Positions 27,351 to 36,280 of a stretch of DNA of 64,000 bases are shown here, piece after piece (positions within the stretch are counted from its first letter, which is position 1; every line of letters begins with the position of its first letter). This stretch comes from Actinomycetota bacterium (GTDB lineage: Bacteria > Actinomycetota > Actinomycetes > Actinomycetales > Microbacteriaceae). Both the position numbers and the translations under genes were made by a program. The stretch is from positions 2,200 to 66,199 of the forward strand of contig JAAFHT010000001.1 of assembly GCA_013297625.1 (NCBI GenBank), read 5' to 3'. The notes beneath the pieces are model-generated. The model saw nothing but the letters and a program-made list of their open reading frames with translations, had not been told where the DNA came from and made no database searches.

Positions 27351-29899
27351 TAGCAGCTGAGCTTCGCCTCGGTCAGAGACATCGGCGTGCCGAACAAGAA
27401 CTTTGTACCGGGTGCGGCGCTTTGCTCGACGATCACCCCATCGAGTAGAGGATCGTCGCCGGGTTGTAGCTCGTAACAGAGGGTGGTTACCGCACCGAAG
27501 CCCGCATCAGAGAACGCTGCTAAGGCATCGGCGAGACTTGTCGGAACCGACGTGACGTCGGGAACAACACCCATGTTTCCGAGGCTGAGCGTCACCGACA
27601 CGATCGTTCCGCGCGCGAGCAGCGTGTCGACAGGGAACGACATCGATGCAACGCGGTCGATCGGAATGTCAGAGTCGACCGAGCCCGCGATCTCGAACTT
27701 GAAGCCCAATCCTTCGAGCAACGACTTCGCCTGCTCAGCGGTCTGGCCCGTCACGTCGGGAAGCCGAACTCCGGATCCGGTGAGCAAACGCTCGGGGGGT
27801 GAACCGAACGCGCTTCCGCCGTATTGGGCATTGATGGCGCCTTGCATGACCCGGAAGATCTGGTGACGCAACTGGCCACCGCTCGGGTAGCTACGAATCG
27901 GCACTTTGCCGATAACGTTGCCGACCCACACGGCGGTCGCAACGCGAGAGGTTGAGCCGACGATCCAGGTCTGGTTCGAGCTGTCGGTTGTTCCGGTCTT
28001 GCCCAATACCGGAATGCCGTCGCCGACTCGCGAGGCCGTGGCGGTACCGCTCGAGATGACGGCCTGCATCGGTGCTGCTGCGGCGGCGGCTACCTCGGCA
28101 GACAGCGCGCGCTGGCACTCGACGTCTTGGCCATCTAGTTGGTTGCCATCGCGGTCGACGAATCGGTCGACGATGATGGGCTTGCAGTAGATCCCGCCGC
28201 TGGCGATCGTCGCGAAGGCGTTGGCCATCGTGAGCGGCGCGATTTCGTTGGTGCCGAGCACGGCAGAGGGGTTGGTCTGCAGCGTGCCGCCATCAGCGCG
28301 GTGCACGCCAAGCGATTCGGCTGCGGCACGGATGTCGCACTGATCAAGCTGTTCGCCCACCGAGGCGAAGGCCGTGTTGACCGACTGCACCGTCGCGTTG
28401 AATACGCTCATCGCGGGTGCCGCGGGCGCGTCGTTCTTCGGGTTCCAGGGGCCGCCCCAGGGGCCGCCGCCGTCTTCACACGTGTCGACGAATGCGGCGA
28501 GGTTGCGCTGTCTCACCGTGGCGTCAACGACCTCGTTGAGGCCACGGCCCTCGTTGAGCCACTCCACGAGCGCGAAGACCTTGTAGGTCGACCCCACCTG
28601 GAAGCCACTGGATCCGCCGTAGTCGCGGTCGGTCGCATAGTTGACGGCCGTGGTGCCGACGGCCCCGCCCCCAAACTCGGGGCTGCGGTCATCAAACACT
28701 CGGTTCTGCGCCATCGTGATGACACGGCCCGTGTTCGTCTCGATCGACGTGGCAACGCTACCGATCTCGAGGCGGGGGTCGTTGGTCGGAACGACTTCCC
28801 ACACGCGAGTTTGAGTAGCCGTTTGAAGCGAGAGGTTGAGCGTCGTGTAGACGTCGTAGCCACCAAGCTTCCAAGCGGCCTCACGCTCAGGCTCGTCCGC
28901 GCCGAGTGTTTCGAAGTCGCCCACGCTCTTGAGAACAAAGTCACAGAAGAACTTGGCGTACTGGTTGGCGGCGTAGCACCCACTCTGGGGAGGGGTGAGG
29001 GTAACGAACTCGTCGTCGACAGGAGTATTGATGGCTTCGTCGTGCTCAGCTGCAGAAATAAAGCCTTCAGCGAGCATCGAGTCGAGAATCACATCGCGAC
29101 GGCCCTCGTTGGCCGCGTAGTTGTCGGGACTACCGAGTGAGCGAGCGCCGGGCTGCTGCACGATCGCGATGAGGCTCGCGGCCTGCGCGATCGTGACGTC
29201 TGACGCCGGCACGCCGAAGTATTGCTGCGCGGCGGCCTGGATGCCGTAGGTGTTTCCGCCGAAGCCGGCGATGTTCAAGTAGGCGAGAAGAATCTCGTCT
29301 TTCGTGTAGTTCTTCTCGAGGCCGATGGCGAGCTTGGCCTCTTTCAGCTTGCGCTCGAGGCTCTGCTCTTGGGCTTGATCGATGAGGTCATCACGCTCTT
29401 CAATCGTGTCGGCCTTGAGGGCTTCGGTGATGAAGATGTTCTTGACGAGCTGCATCGTGAGCGTCGATGCGCCCGACTCGATGCCGCCCGAGGTGAGGTT
29501 GCCCAGACCGGCGCGAACGATCGACTGAAGGTCAACACCGTTGTGCTCGTAGAAGCGGCGGTCTTCACCGGCGATCGTGGCTTGCTTGATGTACTCCGAC
29601 ACCTGATCCCACGGCACCTCTTCGCGGTTTTCGGCGTAGACGGTGGCAATGGCGGTGTAGCCATCCGCAGGATTCGCGGTGTTTTGGGCCCACAGCACGT
29701 TGCGCTGTGATTGCTCGTTGATCTTGATGTACTCGGGCAGGCCCTCGAAAATTCCAATGGTGTTGCTCGCGGCGATGCCGGTCACAGCAAGGGCGGGCGT
29801 GACCATTACGGTCACGAGAACGCCGGCGAGGGCGCTCAGACCGAGCATCCCTCCAATGGCGCCGAAAACTCCGGAGGCCTTCTGATTCTGGGCAGACAT
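27350..29899 (-). CDS. class A penicillin-binding protein (transglycosylase/transpeptidase) with C-terminal PASTA repeats
   Basis: EDRRFYEHNGVD and GASTLTMQLVKN (GT51); STYK and KTGTT (transpeptidase). Two VPDVTG/VPDVTS-led PASTA-like repeats. Start at ATG 29899. Confidence 0.9.
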   Translation of the reverse strand: MSAQNQKASGVFGAIGGMLGLSALAGVLVTVMVTPALAVTGIAASNTIGIFEGLPEYIKINEQSQRNVLWAQNTANPADGYTAIATVYAENREEVPWDQVSEYIKQATIAGEDRRFYEHNGVDLQSIVRAGLGNLTSGGIESGASTLTMQLVKNIFITEALKADTIEERDDLIDQAQEQSLERKLKEAKLAIGLEKNYTKDEILLAYLNIAGFGGNTYGIQAAAQQYFGVPASDVTIAQAASLIAIVQQPGARSLGSPDNYAANEGRRDVILDSMLAEGFISAAEHDEAINTPVDDEFVTLTPPQSGCYAANQYAKFFCDFVLKSVGDFETLGADEPEREAAWKLGGYDVYTTLNLSLQTATQTRVWEVVPTNDPRLEIGSVATSIETNTGRVITMAQNRVFDDRSPEFGGGAVGTTAVNYATDRDYGGSSGFQVGSTYKVFALVEWLNEGRGLNEVVDATVRQRNLAAFVDTCEDGGGPWGGPWNPKNDAPAAPAMSVFNATVQSVNTAFASVGEQLDQCDIRAAAESLGVHRADGGTLQTNPSAVLGTNEIAPLTMANAFATIASGGIYCKPIIVDRFVDRDGNQLDGQDVECQRALSAEVAAAAAAPMQAVISSGTATASRVGDGIPVLGKTGTTDSSNQTWIVGSTSRVATAVWVGNVIGKVPIRSYPSGGQLRHQIFRVMQGAINAQYGGSAFGSPPERLLTGSGVRLPDVTGQTAEQAKSLLEGLGFKFEIAGSVDSDIPIDRVASMSFPVDTLLARGTIVSVTLSLGNMGVVPDVTSVPTSLADALAAFSDAGFGAVTTLCYELQPGDDPLLDGVIVEQSAAPGTKFLFGTPMSLTEAKLSC

Positions 29900-29950
29900 A
29901 TGATTGAGGGTACGCCACATGGCTTATGACGACGCTGAATGGACCGCGCG

Positions 29951-30118
29951 ATGACCCAATGGGAATACCTCACGACCCCGCTCATGATCCACACGACCCA
30001 GGCAATCCTCAACAACTGGGGCTCGCAGGGCTGGGAGCTCGTGCAGGTCGTGCCGGGCCCTGAGGGCGGGCTTGTTGCGTATTTGAAGCGCCCGATCGCC
30101 GGGGAGGCCGCAGCGTGA
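29951..30118 (+). CDS. DUF4177-like small protein (55 aa; absent from the ORF track because it is under 60 aa)
   Basis: MTQWEYLTTPLMIHTTQAILNNWGSQGWELVQVVPGPEGGLVAYLKRP. GTGA overlap with the ridA-like gene. Confidence 0.7.
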   Translation: MTQWEYLTTPLMIHTTQAILNNWGSQGWELVQVVPGPEGGLVAYLKRPIAGEAAA

Positions 30119-30576
30119 GCGCCATCGACGCGCGCCTGGCCGAGCTGGGCATCAGCATCCCCGCGGTCACTAAGCCTGTAGCCGCCTACGTGCCCGCTGT
30201 AGCCAGCGGCAACCTCGTTTTCACGGCTGGTCAGCTGCCGTTTGTTGACGGCGCGCTGCCGCAAACCGGCAAGGTCGGTGCCGAGGTCACACCCGAGGCC
30301 GCTGTGGGCTATGCCCGCACGGCGGTGCTCAACGCTCTCGCCGCCGCGCAGAGCGTCATCGGCTCGCTCGACCGCGTCACGCGTGTCGTGAAGGTCGTGG
30401 TCTTCGTTGCGTCACCCGCTGACTTCACGGGCCAGCCCGCCGTGGCGAACGGCGCCTCGACCCTGCTCGGCGAGATCTTCGGCGACGCGGGCGCGCACGC
30501 GCGTAGCGCGGTGGGCGTGGCGGTGCTGCCGCTGGATGCTCCCGTCGAGGTCGAGCTCATCCTCGAGTTCGCGTAG
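30115..30576 (+). CDS. RidA/YjgF family protein
   Basis: LVFTAGQLP...ARSAVGVAVLPLDAPVEVE, the typical family C-terminus. Confidence 0.85.
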   Translation: MSAIDARLAELGISIPAVTKPVAAYVPAVASGNLVFTAGQLPFVDGALPQTGKVGAEVTPEAAVGYARTAVLNALAAAQSVIGSLDRVTRVVKVVVFVASPADFTGQPAVANGASTLLGEIFGDAGAHARSAVGVAVLPLDAPVEVELILEFA

Positions 30577-30584
30577 CGCGAGCC

Positions 30585-30613
30585 GGCCGCGCGCGGTACC
30601 CCGCGCGTCGGCC
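30585..30613. terminator. GC hairpin between convergent ridA-like and acs genes
   Basis: GGCCGCGCGCGG-TACC-CCGCGCGTCGGCC. Confidence 0.5.
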
Positions 30614-30618
30614 GCCTC

Positions 30619-32583
<1,965 letters not shown>

Positions 32584-32779
32584 CAGCATCCTTGGTCGAT
32601 GTGAAGCGGACTGGCCTGGTCTGCCGCGGACGAAATGGGGAACACCGCTCAGCTTACTTCTGCGCCCTCCGACGCGTCGTGATGGCGTGTTGCGCACTCG
32701 CGCGACCGTGCTGTGCCCCGTTGGGGGGACACCAAGCTGTGTCCTCCCTATGGAGGACAGAATGGGGAGCACAATTCCC

Positions 32780-32807
32780 TTGACCTCAGCAACCCGCCAC
32801 CTACACT
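32780..32807 (+). promoter_or_regulatory. sigma-A-like promoter of the 6C sRNA
   Basis: TTGACC (32780-85), 16 nt spacer, TACACT (32802-07). Confidence 0.45.
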
Positions 32808-32813
32808 TAGTCG

Positions 32814-32917
32814 AGTCAGCAGCACGTCTGACTTTGGCAGCGCGCATGTTTCCCCCAATCACGCGCTGCCGTGGCGGCGCCCGATTCCCCCCAATCTGGG
32901 CGCCGCCCCCGTTTTTT
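32814..32917 (+). ncRNA. 6C-family small RNA
   Basis: Two perfect hairpins with near-identical C-rich loops. They are GGCAGCGCG[..UUUCCCCCAAUCA]CGCGCUGCC (32836-70) and GGCGGCGCCC[GAUUCCCCCCAAUCU]GGGCGCCGCC (32873-907), followed by a U6 tract (32912-17). Confidence 0.7.
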
Positions 32918-33026
32918 CGGTCAACGGCTCCTGACCCTCGATGGCCCCTCCCCACGAGGGGCCTTCGTCGTTGGTGCCACGGGATGCTCGCACCTCGCCG
33001 CCCGTCCCCTCACCATCGGGCACCCT

Positions 33027-34085
33027 GTGCGCGTGCAGCCCTTCGTGCCTCGTGATCCCCGTGATCCTGTGCCGCTCGAGCCCGCGCCCGAGCCCCCGTC
33101 CGAAACCCTGTTGCCGGCCGCCCGGCCCACGGTGCTCGAGCGCCGCATCCCCGCCGCTGCCCGCGCCGCCCTCGGGCCCCTCGCCGCCGTTGTCGCCGAC
33201 CCGGCAGCAACCGACGTGTTCGTCACCGGCGATGGCGTGGTGTGGGTCGACGCGGGCGCGGGCGCGCATCGCGTGCCGGGCGTGCGCCTCGAGCCGGCGG
33301 CCGCACGCGGTCTCGCGGTCGGACTCATCGCGGCGGGAGGTCGCCACGTTGACGAAGCGACCCCGTGTGCCGATGTGCGGCTAGGGGAGGGCATGCGGGT
33401 GCACGTGGCACTGCCTCCTGTGGCCTGGGGAGGAACGGCAATCTCGGTGCGGCTTCCGCGCGTGTCGCGCGTCACGCTCGAGGGATCGGGGTTGAGCGCA
33501 GCGACGCTCGCGTCGCTCGAACACGCCATCGTCGAGCGCCGCACGGTGCTCTTCACGGGGGCCACCGGCAGTGGCAAGACGACCCTCATGGCGGCGTGGC
33601 TCAGCGAGGCGCTCGCGACCGATCGCATCGTCATCATCGAAGACGTTGCCGAAGCGCCGATCGCTCACCCGCACGTCGTCGCGCTCGAGTGCCGCCAACC
33701 CAACATGGAAGGGGCGGGTGGCGTTGACCTGGCGCGGCTCGTGCGCGAAGCGCTGCGTATGCGCCCCGATCGGCTCGTGGTCGGCGAGTGTCGCGGCGCT
33801 GAGATTCGCGAGTTCTTGGCCGCGCTTAACACGGGTCACCGCGGCGGCTCAGGAACCCTGCACGCCAACTCGCTGCTCGACGTGCCCGCGCGGCTCGAGG
33901 CCGTCGGCATGCTCGCAGGCCTCGCTCCCGAGGCCCTCGCGCGCCAGGTCTTGAGCGGCATCGACCTGGTTGTGCACCTTGAGCGTCACTCCCCGGCTGA
34001 GCGCCGGGCGACCCTCGGTCAGTTCGTGCTCGACGACCGAGAGCGGCTCGCGGTCGAGCCGGTGAGCTCGGCGGTGAGCTCGTGA
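33027..34085 (+). CDS. TadA/CpaF-family secretion ATPase
   Basis: Walker A GATGSGKTT, IIIEDVAE, VGECRGAE and GHRGGSGTLHANS blocks. Start moved downstream of the 6C terminator to GTG 33027 (uncertain). Confidence 0.85.
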   Translation: MRVQPFVPRDPRDPVPLEPAPEPPSETLLPAARPTVLERRIPAAARAALGPLAAVVADPAATDVFVTGDGVVWVDAGAGAHRVPGVRLEPAAARGLAVGLIAAGGRHVDEATPCADVRLGEGMRVHVALPPVAWGGTAISVRLPRVSRVTLEGSGLSAATLASLEHAIVERRTVLFTGATGSGKTTLMAAWLSEALATDRIVIIEDVAEAPIAHPHVVALECRQPNMEGAGGVDLARLVREALRMRPDRLVVGECRGAEIREFLAALNTGHRGGSGTLHANSLLDVPARLEAVGMLAGLAPEALARQVLSGIDLVVHLERHSPAERRATLGQFVLDDRERLAVEPVSSAVSS

Positions 34086-35035
34086 CCGCGGCGAGCCGTG
34101 AAGGCGCCGAGCTCGCGGGCCACGTGCACCGACTCGCCGTGCTCATCGCGGCGGGGCTTGCCCCGCGAACAGCGTGGGCGCATGCCGCGACCGTCGCTGA
34201 GACCCCGCTCATTTCCTCGATTGCCGCGCACATTGATCACGGAACTGACGTGGGTGACGCGATCGAGTCGGTTGTCGGCTCGGGCGAGCACGCGCTCTCG
34301 GTCGACGACGAGTCTGCCTGGCGGTCACTCGCGGCCGCGTGGCGTGTGGCAACGATCAGCGGGTCGCCGCTCGCGCCCGCGTTGCGGGGGTTCGCCGAGA
34401 CCCTGCGTGATCGCGAAGCGGCGCGTCGCGACATCCGCATCGCGCTCGCGGGGCCCCAGGCGACGGCGCGCATCGTCATGCTTTTGCCCGCGGTCGCCGT
34501 GCTGCTCGGGCTGCTCATGGGCGTCGACCTTGTCGCCACGATCAGCACGCCGTTGGGGGCCGGGGCGGTGGCGGCTGGCGTCGTGCTCATCATCGTGGCC
34601 CGGCGGTGGATGCGCCGTCTCGTGCTCGCCGCGACCCCACCGGCCCCGACCGTTGGTCTCGCGCTTGACCTGCTCGCGGTGGCAGCGGGCGGCGGTGGCT
34701 CGCCCGAGGCCGCTGCTGCTCTTGTCGTGGCCGAAGTGCGTCAGGCGTTGCCCGCACCGACCCTCGAGGCGGATGACACACCGAGCCGCGATGCCGCACA
34801 GCTCGACGCGCTCGTGCGGCTCTCGCGCGCGGCGGGCGCCCCGCTCGGTGAGCTCGCCCGGGCGGAGGCCGCCGAGACCCGCAACCGCGCCCGTGCCGAG
34901 TCGCGAGAGAGCGCCGAACGGCTCGCCGTGCGGCTCATGCTGCCGCTCGGGGCCTGCATCTTGCCCGCCTTCCTTCTCCTCGGCGTCGTGCCGATGCTCA
35001 TGGGGCTTCTCTCCTCCACAGCCGGCGCGTGGTGA
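34082..35035 (+). CDS. type II secretion system F-family protein, apparent TadB-TadC fusion
   Basis: Two successive T2SSF-like halves (about aa 1-185 and 186-317), each ending in TM spans. GTGA overlap with tadA. Confidence 0.7.
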   Translation: MTAASREGAELAGHVHRLAVLIAAGLAPRTAWAHAATVAETPLISSIAAHIDHGTDVGDAIESVVGSGEHALSVDDESAWRSLAAAWRVATISGSPLAPALRGFAETLRDREAARRDIRIALAGPQATARIVMLLPAVAVLLGLLMGVDLVATISTPLGAGAVAAGVVLIIVARRWMRRLVLAATPPAPTVGLALDLLAVAAGGGGSPEAAAALVVAEVRQALPAPTLEADDTPSRDAAQLDALVRLSRAAGAPLGELARAEAAETRNRARAESRESAERLAVRLMLPLGACILPAFLLLGVVPMLMGLLSSTAGAW

Positions 35036-35151
35036 CCGGAGGGCCCCGCAAGGGCGCCGCCGCACCCCGGCATCGGCGAGTTGCGGCACTCTGTGCGTGT
35101 TCGTGCCGACCGATCGCCCGCTGAGCGGGCGCCCCGAGAGGACGACCTTCT

Positions 35152-35451
35152 ATGCACGGCACGACCACTTCGTACTCCACGGCTTCTTCGCACCCCACGA
35201 CTTCTTTGCTCGGCACGACGCCCGCTGCGGGTGAGACCACCACGCGCAGCCAGGCGTTTGCCCGTCGGCTCGGGCTCCGCGCCGCTGGTGATTGCACGGC
35301 ACATGACCGCGGTGCCGCGACCGCCGAATACGCCATTGCGACCATGGCGGCGGTCGGGTTCGCAAGCCTGCTGGTGGTCATCATGCAGAGCGACGAAGTG
35401 CGTGGCATTCTGACCGACCTCGTGCGCACCGCCCTGACCGTCGGCGGATGA
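35152..35451 (+). CDS. Flp-type / DUF4244-like prepilin
   Basis: G|AATAEY processing-type motif followed by the hydrophobic AIATMAAVGFASLLVVI. GAGAGGA RBS before ATG 35152. No other in-frame ATG or GTG start before the motif; one TTG without an RBS. Confidence 0.7.
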   Translation: MHGTTTSYSTASSHPTTSLLGTTPAAGETTTRSQAFARRLGLRAAGDCTAHDRGAATAEYAIATMAAVGFASLLVVIMQSDEVRGILTDLVRTALTVGG

Positions 35452-35795
35452 GTCGCCGTCGCCGGGCTTGCGCCGATCGTGGTTCAGTGACTGCCGAGAT
35501 CGCGGTCGGATTGCCTGCTGTCGTGATGGTGTTGGCCGCGTGCCTCGGTGCCCTGACCCTCGGCACCAGTCAGGTGCGCCTGACTGATGCCGCCGCCGAT
35601 GCGGCGCGGTTGCTCGGCCGCGGCGAGTCGTCGGCCGCGGCCCAGCGGCACGTCGACCTCGTCACCCCCGGGGCCCAGCTCGTCGTTCAGCATCCCGATG
35701 ATCTTGTGTGCGCGACCGTGTGGGTCGAACGACCGATCCTGCTGGTTCCCGTGCGCGTTGAGGGCCGGTCGTGCGCGCTCGCGGGCGGGCGGTGA
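35448..35795 (+). CDS. TadE-like pseudopilin
   Basis: ATGA overlap. RGSVTAEIAVGLPAVVMVLA N-terminus. Confidence 0.7.
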   Translation: MSRRRRACADRGSVTAEIAVGLPAVVMVLAACLGALTLGTSQVRLTDAAADAARLLGRGESSAAAQRHVDLVTPGAQLVVQHPDDLVCATVWVERPILLVPVRVEGRSCALAGGR

Positions 35796-36154
35796 CTGAG
35801 TTGCCCGCGCGGAAGTTTGTCGACCGCGGAGCCGGGTCGATTCTGGTGGTCGCGCTCATCGCCGTGGCGGCCGCGGCGGGGCTCTCGCTCGCGAGTGTTG
35901 CGCATGCACTCGCGCGTTCGCAACAGGTCACGGCCGCCGCCGACTCCGCCGCGCTCGGCGCCGCCGACGTGCTGCTCGGCTGGGTGCCGGGCGACCCGTG
36001 CGCCGTTGCGCAGAAGGTCGCCGCGGCCCACGCCGCGCGGCTCACCGAGTGCCGCAGCGAAGACCTCACGGTGCTCGTGCGGGTCGAAGCGGGCATCCTC
36101 GGCATGACCGTTGTGAGGTCGGCGCGCGCGGGTCCGCCCGACGCCGAGTGGTAG
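35792..36154 (+). CDS. Rv3654c-type TadE-like protein
   Basis: DRGAGSILVVALIAVAAAAG N-terminus and a conserved Cys pair. Start placed at GTG 35792 (GTGA overlap) rather than 35771. Confidence 0.7.
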   Translation: MTELPARKFVDRGAGSILVVALIAVAAAAGLSLASVAHALARSQQVTAAADSAALGAADVLLGWVPGDPCAVAQKVAAAHAARLTECRSEDLTVLVRVEAGILGMTVVRSARAGPPDAEW

Positions 36155-36280
36155 CGCGCGCGAAATTCCTGTGTATGGTGTGCCTGATTGCGACTCGCGG
36201 CGCTCGCCGGGTGTCGCAGCATCGGCCGGGGTGCGGATGCCATCCCCCCGCCACACAGACGTTCGTAGGTTAGGAGCACC

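Noticed and set aside
32871-33026. The ORF-track start of the tadA-like gene at 32871.
   Set aside because: The first codons lie inside the second 6C hairpin and terminator. The conserved ATPase sequence begins much later, so the start was moved to GTG 33027 (still uncertain).
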